Below, in pieces: positions 13,336-26,289 of a stretch of 64,000 nucleotides of DNA. The stretch lies in NCBI RefSeq assembly GCF_006345805.1, contig NC_043013.1:55924001-55988000 (forward strand). Reading direction: 5' to 3'. A program made the translations under genes and the position numbers. The notes beneath the pieces were generated by a model, which saw only the letters and a program-made list of their open reading frames with translations, made no database searches and was not told the origin of the DNA. The stretch's first letter is position 1, and each line of letters begins with the position of its first letter. This DNA comes from Octopus sinensis. Lineage: Eukaryota.

Positions 13336-14989
13336 CTTTTCTTTGTGAAGTTTCAATGATACTACAAGAATGAAACGATGCAAATATGTCGTTGGATGAT
13401 GTTCTTTTTACCTTCAAAACTTGATTTAAGAAACCCAAAAGAATATTCCAAGGATGATGTATTTATCTTACTTTAATATAGTTATTATTTCAAATTTATT
13501 TGAGGAATACTTTCAATAATTGAATTTTGCAATGAAAATTAGAAAATTATTTATAAATGTAATCAACATCAATAAGAATTAAAGAATGTAAAGAAGAGAA
13601 AACAAATAAAAGATAAGCAGAAGGAAAAAATTCAAATTCAAAAAAATTATTATTTTGGGTAAAATAAATTATATTTTGAAGTATGTAGAATGAAAGAATT
13701 AAAAAAGGAAGACGAGAAAAATTAGTAAACAAAAATAATTGTAAACAGAAAAGCAAAATAACAAATAATTATTAATTAATAAGAAATGAGAAAAAAAATG
13801 AAATAAAATGTTTTATTTACATAACTGCTTACATCAAGCGAAATGATATCTCTTCATTACCCTTTCAATTAATACATTCTTGAAATATTTGCACTGAAAA
13901 CAACTTTGTTCTCAAGAATTTTAAGAATATTTAAAACATTAATTACCATAGTTTGATGGCAATTACTACAATAATTCAAAGTAAACACTACCAGAGCAGG
14001 TTTTGTATAGAATTGTATAAATTCATAGAATTACTTGAAGAATATAGATAAACAATTCTGCAAATTCATAGCTATTTCTAACTGAAATATTGATTTCAAA
14101 TTTTGGTACAGGGCCAGCAATTTTGGGAAAGTGGGTAAGTACCAGAAGTTAACTTATTTCATCGACACCCCGAAAAACAAAGTTGATCTCAGAGGAATTT
14201 GAACTCAAAATGTGAAGACAGATGAAATACCAGGAAACATTTTGTCCAGTGTGCCAACAATTCTGCCAGCTTGATGACTTTTTGGTAACTGAAACATTTT
14301 ATGATATCACTGAGACCTGATACTCAACTGAACATCATTCCCTACACAATGCACTCAATACAGAGCTAAGAGATTTTGCAGCAGTTTGAATTATTCAATT
14401 TATTATTCTTTTATTTTTCAATTTTTTTCTTCTTTTTTTTTGTCATTGGACTGCAGCCATGTTTGTACATTGCATAGAAAGGTTTTCCTGAACAAACCCA
14501 ACTCATAAATTACTTTAAGTCTACTTATTCTGTGAGTTTCTTTATGCTGAACTATCAATTTATGCAGACATAAACAAACCAACACTGGTTGTCAAGTTGG
14601 AGACCAAATACAAAGTTATACATATGAAAACATACAACACACACATAAATATATATATATATATATACATACATACATACATTCATACATACATACACAT
14701 ATATATCTATATCTATATACACACACACATATATATATATATATATTGGCAAATTTGTTGTTATAAAGGCACCTAAGTTTGAAAAACTTGTAACTGTTTT
14801 AAAATAGATTTCTTTCCATATATACCAAAGTAGTTTAAATGTACAAAATTCAGTAGTGATAGTCGTGATTGACAAGAAATATGTATCATCAAAGTTTCAA
14901 TCATATTGAGTTAAGAGGGAGAAAAACAAGAGAGAAATGAAGATAGCTAAAAAAGAGATTTGGTTTAGAGTTTCTGGGATTCTCTTTCA

Positions 14990-16100
14990 TTTGTGTGCAA
15001 GAATTTTCCCTTATAAAATTGTTTTTGGGAATCCAGGGTATTTATAATTTTTTCTGTGAACAGATCCAATTTTTGATTCGTTCAAGTACTGGAGATGTCT
15101 TGTTTTTCTGGTGGTCAAGTTTGTTGTTCTGCCTGGTTGGCTTTCCTGTGAGGAATGGTCATCAGCTGTTTCAGTTGTTTGATTCTCTTAAAGTGTCATT
15201 TTGTTGTATTTGCTGAAGTTCAGTTTTGATTGGCGGTAAAATTCCATTAGTCTAAATTTAGGTGATATCAGCAACTGGTGTTTGTAAAACTTCATTGGTC
15301 TAGCGTTAGGTGATGTCAGCAACTGGTGTTTGTATGGTGTTTTTGTATGGTAGTTTGGAGTTGCGATTTCGAAACCTGGGTGGAACACTGTTACTAAAGA
15401 TATTAAAAATTGTCTGTTGTACCTGTTTGTGTTTTGTAGAGAAATTGAGTCTTTTTTTCTTTTTTCTTCTCTCTTTGTTGTTTTTTCTTCTTTCTAAAGA
15501 ATATTTAGCTGTGGTCAATATTTTAATAGTAAGCTTTCCTTATTTAATTGAATCTGGGGTTTGAAGTGTTTTCCGTTTCATTATAGTTTGGAGTTGCGAT
15601 TTCGAAACCTGGGTGGAACATGTTACTAAAGATATTAAAAATTGTCTGTTGTACCTGTTTGTGTTTTGTAGAGAAATTGAGTCTTTTTTTTCTTTTTCTC
15701 TCTTTGGTGTTTTTTCTTCTTTCTAAAGAATATTTAGCTGTGGTCAATATTTTTTAATGAGTAAGCTTTCCTTATTTAAATTGAATCTGGTTGAAGTGTT
15801 TCCGGTGCATTGATAGAAAAGGAAGGTTTGGTATTTCAGGTTTATGTTTAAGGGGGCATTGGTTTGGGTGTTTGCTTATGGGAATTTTTCTAGTCGTGGG
15901 GTCCTGGATTTGTTGCCTCTGCACCGTTAGTCTGTCCTTCAAGGTTAAACTAGTTTGACATAAGTAGTCTCCACCACACCCTCCACATTTGAGAACAGAG
16001 ATTAAGTTCTTCAAAGCACAGGCGAAGTGATTTTTTTATGGTAAAACTTTGACCTGACTTTAAATTTGTATGTTGAGCCCTTCATGGTTGTTCTGTTTTC
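14990..16100 (-). mobile_element. Penelope-like element remnant: GIY-YIG endonuclease fragment plus 233-bp tandem (pLTR-type) repeats
   Basis: ORF 15772-16014 KNLISVLKCGGCGGDYLCQTSLTLKDRLTVQRQQIQDP resembles the PLE GIY-YIG signature (LIY...C..C...YIGQT..TL..R...H). Direct repeats at 15351-15583 and 15584-~15805. The 14990-15350 portion is assigned by contiguity only. Confidence 0.8.
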
Positions 16101-16109
16101 CGTACTTTG

Positions 16110-16405
16110 GATGCCCCTAAACATATACCTGAAATACCAAACCTCCTTTTCTATCAATGCACCGGAAACACTTCAACCAGATTCAATTTAAATAAGGAAA
16201 GCTTACTCATTAAAAAATATGACCACAGCTATATCCTTAGAGAAAGAAAAAACCTAGAAAGAGAGAAAAAGAAAAAAAAGACCCAATTTCTCCACAAAAA
16301 AACCCCAGGTACAACAGACAATTTTAAAAATCTTTAGTGACAGTCTTCCACTTGAGTTTCGAAATTGCAACTCCAAATCACCAAGCAATTACACCATACA
16401 AACTA
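16110..16405 (+). mobile_element. Inverted arm of the Penelope-like element
   Basis: Reverse complement of ~15585-15860 (atgcccctaaacata..cctgaaataccaaac...ttcgaaattgcaactccaaa), separated from it by a ~250-bp spacer. Confidence 0.85.
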
Positions 16406-16414
16406 ATCTGCTCC

Positions 16415-16807
16415 TCCTATGATACCTCACGGATGGTGATTTGATGATTTCTGCTCACAGCTGCATGCACATCTACGATGCTTTTCTCAGTTCTGCTGAT
16501 TGCGGGTCTCGCAGAACATTCATTAATATCGACATTTTTTCAGCCATCTTGGAAATGCCTGAACCACTCGTACACTTGCATGCAGCTCATACTACTCCTC
16601 TTCATACACTTTCTGCAACCATGCGTAGGCCTCTGAGAAGATCTTGCCATGACAACTTTCTCTGTCATGGTCAATGCTATGATCACATGCTGCACACCTT
16701 CCTCTGCACAGCAGAGTTCAAGGTCAATTTCTGCTGAGCAGCTCCACTCTGCGTGCTTTAGATTGGTTACTATAGCAACAGTCAGGATACTTATTGATCA
16801 GACCTCG
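16415..16807 (-). pseudogene. Mariner transposase N-terminal (HTH) remnant with 5' TIR
   Basis: Minus-strand translation MSCMQVYEWFRHFQDG*KNVDINECSARPAISRTEKSIVDVHAAVSRNHQITIRE matches the mariner VYEWF..F..G....D..RSGRP motif. The 5' end reads TA-CGAGGTCTGATCAATAAGTATC. Confidence 0.8.
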
Positions 16808-17282
16808 TATATACACACACGCACACACACACACATATATATATAATGTTATATTTTTATCTCTCCACCCTCAAGATGATCAGATCTACCCAATGTCTAT
16901 TTGCTTCCATTACAGGTTGCATCTTTTTCTGAGCTACACTTCAATCAGCTCAGAAACAGCTGTCAGACTTGTAACACCATATCTTTGCCCTTTTAATTTT
17001 ATGTGTCTTTGTACTCTAAGTTTGCTCTGTTAATACATCAATGTTTATATATTTATACTTGAATATTCATCACCTAAAAACCTTCACTCTTTGTCTTCTC
17101 TTTATTTGCATGTATACATGCCTATATATTTTTAATATCAAACCCAAGCAGTTTTCTTTTGTTTAACTGCACCATTGACTCCATATTTACTCACCTGGAT
17201 TCCTCTTTTAGCTACTCATTATCTCATCGACTTGGTCCTCAGTAAGTTCAAAATCATTCGAGCTCCAATAAGTGCTTTCTAT

Positions 17283-17340
<58 letters not shown>

Positions 17341-18011
17341 TGTGTGTGCATGTGTGCGTGTGAATGTGTGTATGTGCATGTGTGTGTGTGTGCATGTTAT
17401 AATATGAATAGCAGCTCCCTTGTCATTTAGATGACTTCAAAATTCGTCCAGTAGAGGGACTCTGATTTGTGAATGCCAGGGTTTTTCTGGAGTGTGGGAC
17501 CACCTTTCAGCCACCAGTTTTGCCAGGTCTACACTGACATACGAACTGTAGCTTCTGTCAGGGTCCCAGCATGTAAGCATCTGAGCCAGGTTACATTGAA
17601 CTCATGGCATGTGGCATGGTGGATGTGATCTCTTTTGGTAAATAAACTTATTGAGTCAACTGTGGACATCACTTGATGTTGAGAAGATGAACAGACAAAT
17701 TGCCAATGGCCAGCATCAGGCAATTCATTTAGAGAATTATAATTATCACCTGTAATCATGGTATGCACAAATGAGATATTTCAGCTTGTGAAGGACCAAA
17801 TTGACTGAAACTCAGGCCTAGCATTGATGCCTGATTGTTTGATTGGGATGGCAGGAATGGAAGGATGACATTGGTCCCAGAAAACTGCTTGACATGTAGG
17901 ATGTATATAGTAAATATTCAAAATTCGTCCAGTAGAGGAACTCTGATTTGTGAATGCCAGGGTTTTTCTGGAGTGTTTACTATATTTACTATATTTACTA
18001 TAGAATATTTA

Positions 18012-18521
18012 CTGTAAATCCTCGAGTATAATCCGCATTTTTTCCCCAAAATTTAAAGGTCAAAATCCCTAGTGTGTAATATATACGAGGTTAAAAATGA
18101 AAAATATTTTCTAAGCAATGTCCGAGTCTCTATTTGCTGTCTGGCAATGTTTATTCAGCCGCATTTTAGGAAAATACCTTAAGCTAAGCCTGAAAGCAAT
18201 GCAGTCATAAAAGAATCATCCATAGCTTGCAGTAAGCAACATTTATTAAAATAAAAGTATTCAGAACACAGAATAACATGTAACAAAAACAATTTGCAAA
18301 CATCTTTACATTCCCCTGTAACAGTTAAGAACATCACCATTATTGTATTACGCATGTGCAGAATTGTTTGTTCGACTAGGTGCTGTTGGCTTAATTATGC
18401 ACAACTCAAATTAGAGAAGGGGTGTGTATTATATGCAAGGTTTAGGTTTTTCAGAAGTACAGCACCTTAAAAATCCCCTGCGTATTATACTGAAGGGCGG
18501 ACTATACTCAAGGATTTACGG
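18012..18521. mobile_element. Tc1/mariner-superfamily (pogo/Tc2-type) MITE with 25-bp TIRs and TA TSD
   Basis: Left CTGTAAATCCTCGAGTATAATCCGC versus right (reverse complement) CCGTAAATCCTTGAGTATAGTCCGC: 22 of 25 match. TA on both sides. Confidence 0.85.
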
Positions 18522-19574
18522 TACTTATGTAAAACAAGGGGTAAAAAACAAGCATGATTAAATAAAATTTTAATTTATTTGTTTCCAATCATTAACTGTG
18601 GAAATGGTAGATATGAAAAGAGTATCCCAACTTCTAAAGTAACCAGAAGAGTAGCAGACTTGAAAGAGCATTCTCAGTCAGTTTTGTTTTTTGTTTTGTG
18701 ATGTCTTCTCATCAACTGCAAACCATACAGCTAAGGCTTTCAAATTAACTGTAGATTTATCTTCAGTATTCATGCTTTATATATATATACATATATATAT
18801 ATATAGAGAGAGAGAGAGAACATACATACATAGCATGCATATATATGTGTATGTATAAATATGAAGCTTGTATATGTAACTTATTAAAGATATATAATGC
18901 TCCATTGTTCTTCATTATCTCTTGATTATGTGTGTGTGTGTATATATATATGTATACACACAAACGCACACACAGACATACACACATACATACAGACGCA
19001 TATATTATATAGATATATGTATGTGTGTGCATTTGTGTGTATGTGTGTGTGATATATACAGAAGGCCATTCATTTTCCATTATCCTTCATAATTTCAAAT
19101 CTACATTTGCAAATCATTTAATAATTCTTCTCCTTTGTGATCATGCCCCTCCACTAAATTTATGTTCCTTTATAATCTATGAAAGGGAAACAAAATAAAT
19201 TTCATCCTTAATGAGAAACATTTGTCAAATGGAAGGAACCAGCTGCTTTTAAGGAAGATGGAAGTCACTTCTATGTGGTTTCTATTATGTTTGCAAGAGG
19301 CAACAACAACAACAACAATAATAACTGTTGCTGTTTAGAACCATTTGGGAAAACCTTCTTTGCAAATGTTAGTGCCACTTCATAGTAACAGAGAATTAGG
19401 CAACCATTAATTTCAGGTAGAAATCAAGTAGCTACTTTGACAAAGAATTCTGAAGTAGAAACATGAAGCAAGGTCATTATAATTTCCATTTTATGCATTT
19501 AGTTTGGTTCACTACATGGGTTTACGGTGTGTTAGGAACACCTTTTACTCCTCAGAAACATTTAGTAACCTACC

Positions 19575-19926
19575 TACCTACATATCTACATACATATCCC
19601 CTATATGCATATGTACGTGCATACATACATTCATACATACATACACACACATACACATACATACAGATATACATACATGCATGCATGCATACATATGTAC
19701 ATACACACACATACATACATGAACTCACACATACATATGCATATACATACATACGTACATACATACATACATACATACACATACATACACATGCATACAT
19801 ACATACACACACACACATATACATACATACATACACACACACATATACATAAATGCACTCACACAAACATATGCATATGCACACATACATACACACATAC
19901 ATACATACATACATACATACATACAT
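19575..19926. repeat. Degenerate (TACA)n/(CA)n tract
   Basis: Direct reading. Confidence 0.95.
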
Positions 19927-20340
19927 AGGTGCAAGAGTGGCTGTGTGGTGAGAAGCTTGTATCCCAACTTCATGGTTCTGTGTTCCGTCCCACTGTCGGC
20001 CAACTAAAGCTTTGTGAATGGATTTTGTAGACAGACACTGAAAGAAGCCCATCGAATATAAATGCGTGTATGTGCATGTGAGCATGTGTGTATGTGTGTG
20101 TGTCTGTGTCTGTGTGTGCATGTGTGTGTGTGCATGCGTGTGTGAGACAGTGTTTATCGTTGATGATGGTGATGGCGTGTTTATGTCCTCAGGACTTAGC
20201 AGTTCACCAAATGAGAACCAGTCTTAGAAAAAGCTAAGTACTGAGATTGATTTGTTCCACTAAAAGTTATTGAAGGTGATGCCCCAGCTTGGCCACAGTC
20301 GAATGACTAAAACAATTAGGATATAAAAAACAAAAAACAA
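19927..20340 (+). mobile_element. Family A SINE, diverged
   Basis: ggtgcaagagtggctgtgtggtgag...actgaaagaagccc...gcttggccacagtcgaatgactaaaac. Confidence 0.75.
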
Positions 20341-20383
20341 TACCTACTTTTATCTACCAAGCAAACTAACTACTTATATCCAT

Positions 20384-21172
20384 AGCGCAGGAGTGGGTGT
20401 ATTGTAAGTAGCTTGCTTACCAACCACATGGTTCCTGGTTCAGTCCCACTGTGTGGCACCTTGGGCAAGTGTCTTCTACTATAGCCCCAGGCCAACAAAA
20501 GCCTTGTGAATAGATTTGGAAGATAGAAACTGAAAGAAGCCCGTCGTACATATATATATATGTATTTCTTTTATTTGTTTCAGTCATCTGAATGCAGCCA
20601 TGCTGGAGCACCACCTTTAGTCGAACAAATTGATCCCAAGACTTATTCTTTGTAAGCCTTGTACTTATTCTATTGGTCTCTTTTGCCAAACTGCTAGGTT
20701 ACAGGGACATAAACACACACGCATCGGTTTTCAAGTGATGGTGGTGGGGGGACAAACACAGACATACAAACACCCCCCACACACATATATACGACGGGCT
20801 TCTTACAGTTTCCATCTACCAAATCCACTCAAAAGGCTTTGGTCGGCCCAAGGCTATAGTAGCAGACACTTGCCCAAGGAGCCACATAGTGGGACTGAGC
20901 CCGGAACCATGTGGTTGGTAAGCAAGCTGCTTACCACACAACCACTCCTGCACTTATGTGTGTGTGTGCATGTTTGTGTGTCTGTGTTTGTCCTCCCAAC
21001 ATCGCTTGACAAACGACGCTGGTGTGTTTACGTCCCCATAACGTAGCAGTTCAACTAAAGAGACCTATAGAATAAGTACTAGGCTTACAAAAAAATAAGT
21101 CCTGTGGTTGATTTGCTTAACTGGTGCTCCAGCATGGCCGCAGTCAAAATATTGAAACAAGTAGAAGAAAAA
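20384..21172 (+). mobile_element. Family A SINE split by an antiparallel family A SINE
   Basis: Plus head at 20384-20549, complete minus copy at 20565-20953, plus tail at 20956-21172. Confidence 0.8.
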
Positions 21173-22074
21173 AAGTATAGCAACATACGTAATGTTTAAA
21201 TGGAGCCATTTCTATGCTGGGGCAAGAAAACTGATGATGAGTGTTGTAAGCAAGAGCGAAGAGAAATGGTTTGAAATCAAACCATGGAACTTTTATGCAA
21301 AGTTGAGACGTGCAACTAGAAACACTCTTGTCATTCATTATCCATGTTGTAAAGAACACTTTAACTAATACAAGTTATTGACATTGACTAAAGGGATTTA
21401 ATAGATCGGTCAGTGTTGGTGTGCCGACCGATATTAAAGGTGATGAAATAGATTCGCTTCTCTGTCAGAGATTCACAAACTTGAGGAAATCTATGTTAAA
21501 AGTTGCATGCAAACATGCAACTATTGTTATTGCCTTGCTTGTACCACATTATGCACACATATACAGCTGTCTTTGTACAAACACTATTTACTAATTTACC
21601 AATTTGCAATTAGAACTAATGAACATTTGCACATACACACACATCTACCTGCACACACACACATTCGCATACACTTTCAGACAATCACATATGTTCATGC
21701 ACACACACACACACGTTCGTTTTTAAACATCTAATCTCAAAGTTATATTTATTCCATTAAAATAAATTTTATTTTCTTGAAGAAAATGGAAAAGTTTTAA
21801 CTTATTGGTTTCCCTTCTCTCCTTCTCGTTTTCTTTGTTTTATTTCTTTTCTCCTTTTTTCTCCTTCAATTAATAATCTATTTGATGTTCACGAATATTT
21901 CTTCCCCCACTGAAAGAGATATTACACTTTATTCAATTTATCAATTTTGTTCATAAAAATAAAGAGGTCATATCTTTTAATCATCTGGCATTACAAATGA
22001 CGTCGGAGTCAGCATCACACATGCCCCAACTGTCAGGGCTAAAAACAGCAAACAAAAGACGACATTTGCAACAC

Positions 22075-22460
22075 TTTGGTTCAAGTTTCTTCTGCTATAG
22101 TTCTAGGCTGACTAAAGCCTTGTGTGTAGGTTTGGTAGAAGGATACTGAAAGAAGCCCATCATATGTGTGTGTGTGCATGTGCATTTGTGTGTGTGCACA
22201 TGTCTGTGTGCATATTTGTGTGTGTGCATGTGTGTGTCTGTGTGCATGCATGTGTGTGTGCATGTGTGCATGTGTGTATGTGCGTGTACATGTGTGTGTT
22301 TGTCCCACACCTCCACTTGACATACCCCATAACTTAGTGGCTCAGCAAAAGAGACTGATAGATTAAGCACCAGGCTCCCCTAAACGTACTGAAGGCAATT
22401 CATTTGACTAAAAATTCTTCAAGGCAAAGCCTCAGCATGGCCACCACGAAACTAGTAAAA
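22075..22460 (+). mobile_element. Family A SINE, 5'-truncated
   Basis: caagtttcttctgctatag...gaaagaagccc...gcatggccacc. Confidence 0.7.
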
Positions 22461-22973
22461 GACCTCAGACATCTCTGAAAAGGTGAAAAGGACACACAAG
22501 AACCTGATAGCAACCATTGCTGGAGATTCGCAATGAAAATAGAAGACAATCCCCAGAAAGCAAGAATTAATTTCAAAGAAAATTATTAATTTTACTGCTT
22601 AGGGAGAATATTTCCTAATTGTTATCAGGGAAGATGAGACTCCTTCAACTATGTTTTTCTCATTAGGTCCAATTAGGCTGAAACCTGAATATAATTAAGA
22701 TCTTCTCTGCTAAGAATATAACACTTTAACTCTAAGTATGAAAATTGATAATTTTGTGTGAAATTAATTCTTAGTTTTTTGAAAGTAACTCCCTTTATTT
22801 TAGAAAGTTGCAAGCATTTGTTACCTGACTGTTTTGTTTTATCTTTCTCAATTAAGATTAAATTTCAATTCAAAGAATTTTCTTTTTTTTTTGCATATGT
22901 TATTCGGTACATATGTTTGTAGGTGCTTCTTTGTGGTCAGATGCTTTAGATATAAACATCTAAACACAGACAG

Positions 22974-23004
<31 letters not shown>

Positions 23005-23868
23005 TACATATAAGCATATGTATATCTATCTATCTATCTATCCAGTTATCTGTCTACCTACATCTCTCCCTCTCTCTCTTTCACACTCTCTATCTATATG
23101 TCTATCTGTCTGTCTGCCTGCTTGCCTGTCTGTCAGTCTATTTATCTACCCATCCACCAATACAGTTGATGTTATGATCACACTCTTAAAAGTCTTGTTT
23201 CTTCGATCCACTTATCACAGTTAATCTTTTACTGAACAACAAAAGCAACAACAACAACAAAATCAATCCCTGATTGCAATTTTATGAAGTCATCACAGAG
23301 AAATTTAAGAAACTGGGGAACTAATCCCTGGTTTTGAAAATGGTCTTTTAGAAGATTAGAAGATTTCATAGACTGTTGATTTATATATATATATATGGCA
23401 CCTATGTTTGGCTTAAATTGTAATAATGCTTTCCATAAACATAAAAAAAAGATAAATAAAATGAAAAATATTTGATATAAATAAATGCCAATTGAAAAAT
23501 GTCGATGACAGAAATCTTGATTCATTTGGTGGAAATATTTTTTTCTTTGCAGAAGACAATGAAGTCTTAGAAAAACAATAACATTTTCAGTGAATGAGAG
23601 AATGGTAAATATGAATATATTTTGCAACAATAAACAAACAAAACAAAACTGACGTTAATAGATTTTAGCTGAGTGGCTGTTATTGTTCCAATAAACTCAT
23701 CATTACCTGAATTATAGATAAACTTTGCAATGTTATTTCAATTGTTTTTGCAATTGAAACTAAATAGAAAAAGGCAAGATTTGTTAAAGTTCCAAACACT
23801 TACAAAAAACATTTCAATAAATACAAAATTTAAAATAGATGTAATTTATTCATCATTTCTTTCATATA

Positions 23869-23916
<48 letters not shown>

Positions 23917-24114
23917 TGTATAGACATACATACACATATACATACATATATGTATATAAAAGGCCATAATCCTAAGGATATCAAATGGTTAAATATATAT
24001 ATATATTCACCTCTCATACCTCCTGACTTTTTTTCGTTTATATATTTAAATATATATATATGTGTATATATATATTTTTCTTCCTCTGTCTTCCCTACTA
24101 TTGCACTTTCCTCT

Positions 24115-24150
24115 GTTTCCGAAGAAGAGCATCTGCTCAAAATGTCAAAC
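24115..24150 (+). ncRNA. Degenerate minimal hammerhead-like motif, paralog of 38847-38881
   Basis: GTTT-CCGAAGA-A-GAGC-atct-GCTC-AAAA-T-GTC-AAAC: same architecture, but G12 is changed to A (likely inactive). The downstream ~100 bp is homologous to 38882-38980 and ends in (TA)n. Confidence 0.45.
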
Positions 24151-24329
24151 CATCTTTCTCTCCTTCCCTGAATTGTCTGCGAATACTTTACATGTACCAA
24201 GTCCTTGTATTGTTGCTTTTTGTGTTTGTTCTTTTTGGGATTTATTATATATATATATAGTATCTGCTTTCTCATATATGAGCAACGGCATTGCTAGAAA
24301 GAATTACTGAAATGAGTATTTTATGATGC

Positions 24330-25975
24330 ATTGTGAGGCCGTTGTATGAGTCTTGAGCCAAGCCAAAAATTTGTTTGCACATTCTATTGCATAATGCAAT
24401 GTGAGGTGAGGGAAGAGTTACTGTAATGAGTGGAAAACCTGAAACATAGCACTTCCAGTTCTGCTGAGGAGGGTGAATCTTTTTGTGAACCTTATATCTC
24501 AAGGAATCACATTTCTTTATCATCTCCTTCATCAGACTCAGGGTCCTGAGGTCAGCCTTTGCCATGTCATCCCATGTTTTCATAAGTCTCCTTCTTCTGA
24601 AAATTCCAGCCACAGTAATCAAATGGTACTTCTTTTTACAGCTGTCTTCATCCATATGCATCATGTGTGCCTATCAGTACAGTTTTCTTTTGGAACACAA
24701 AGACACATTCCTCTTCTACCCTGTTTTTCACTCAGCACCTTTCTACTAAATCTCTCTCACCCACACTCATATTGCACATCCAATTCATTTCTTTCCAGTC
24801 TCCTCAGTCCCCAAGATTCAAGACCAATGTCTTACCACCATACAGCATTGCACTTCTAACACAAATATCACACAGTCTGCCCTTCACCCTGAGAGAATAG
24901 ATCTTTGTTGCCAGTAGCAGTATTGGCTCCCTAAACTTTCTCCAACCAGTTCTCATTCTAACAGCAACCACCCCTTTTGATAATTACATATCCTCAGAAA
25001 CAAAATCTACCAACTGCTCCTAATGAGCCATCTGAGCATTTAAGAGACTCAGTTTCGTGAGTGCTCACACCTACTGCTGCATTGCATCTTTTGCACAGCA
25101 GGATTAAACTCTTGGATAGTCTGCCAGTGGTTCCTCTAAATCTCATAAACGTTCATAATTCACATCAAGTTCAGCATATGGAATTTATACCCACCCCTTT
25201 TCTACATATTGAGCAAGGTCATTTCCCTTATGGTACCAGAATCCTGTCATCTTTCCTACTTTCTAAAATCTTTGCCTTTACTAGGTTTGCATTAAGCCTC
25301 CTTAATTCCACATTAACCTTCTAGGTTTGGAATAACTTCCCTAATCCCCTACGGATTCATCAATGAGAATTATATTATCAGCATATACGAGTTCCAATGG
25401 ACAGCTTGTCTTAAAACCTTTAGTGATGGCTTGTGGGACTGTGATGAATAGGAGAGGACTGAGGACCAAACCTTGATGGACTCCTACCTTCACGTTTAAT
25501 TCCTCACTGAAACCATTGCCAACTCTCCCTTACGGCATCCTTGTACTTAGTTTGAACTGTTCATGGAAGCCATTCATCTGCACCCTGTTTCCTCAAAACC
25601 CACCGAATTACTAAATGTTGAACCCTGTCAAATGCATTTTCCCAAGTCAACAAATACCAGGAATAGCAGTTTATTCTTAGCCAGCTATTCTCTTGTAGTT
25701 GCCTCACTAGGAAGATTGTATCTGTGGTGCCTCTTCCAGAGAGAAAGCCAAACAGCATATCACCCAGGGCTACTCTTCCGTGAATCAAACAGGCTCTAAC
25801 TTTCTCCAAGACCTTCATAACTTGACTTAGAAGTTTGATTCCTCTACAGTTGCTTCTCGCCCAAAGCAACACCTTTGCTCTTGTAACAGTTTACAAGGAT
25901 ACAGCTACACCAGTCATTAGATAGAACACTCTCCTGAATAACCATTGCATAGGCAATATCCCAAACAAGCTGGGG
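24330..25975 (-). mobile_element. Degenerate RTE LINE fragment
   Basis: Minus-strand translations RGIKLLSQVMKVLEKV, GRGTTDTIFLVRQLQE, NDWCSCILVNCYKSKG and KTWDDMAKADLRTL match the RTE copy at 45100-48686. Confidence 0.85.
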
Positions 25976-26275
25976 AAGCTGATACAGATGTAAGAAGAAA
26001 CCATCTGTGGCTACAAAGTGTTGGTTTGAAGCTGAAGCTGAAACAGAAGGGTCCATCCTCGCTGCTCAAGGCCAGAGTCTCCTCATCTGGAACTATCAAG
26101 CAAATGTTATACACAATGAGGTAATCACAAAGTGTAGACTCTGAAATGACAAACTCGAGAGTATTGACCATGTTGTTGCTTATTGCTCAGTTCTTGCTCC
26201 TACTGAATGTAAAATTAAGTATGATCGTGTTGGCCAATACTTACTCTGGAGCGTATGCTGTCACTATTATATCCT
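25975..26275 (+). mobile_element. R4/Dong-like fragment (CCHC region), plus strand
   Basis: My translation reads EAETEGSILAAQGQSLLIWNYQANVIHNEVITKCRL*NDKLESIDHVVAYCSVLAPTECKIKYDRVGQYL, homologous to 60150-60420. Confidence 0.8.
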
Positions 26276-26289
26276 CCTTATCATCATCA

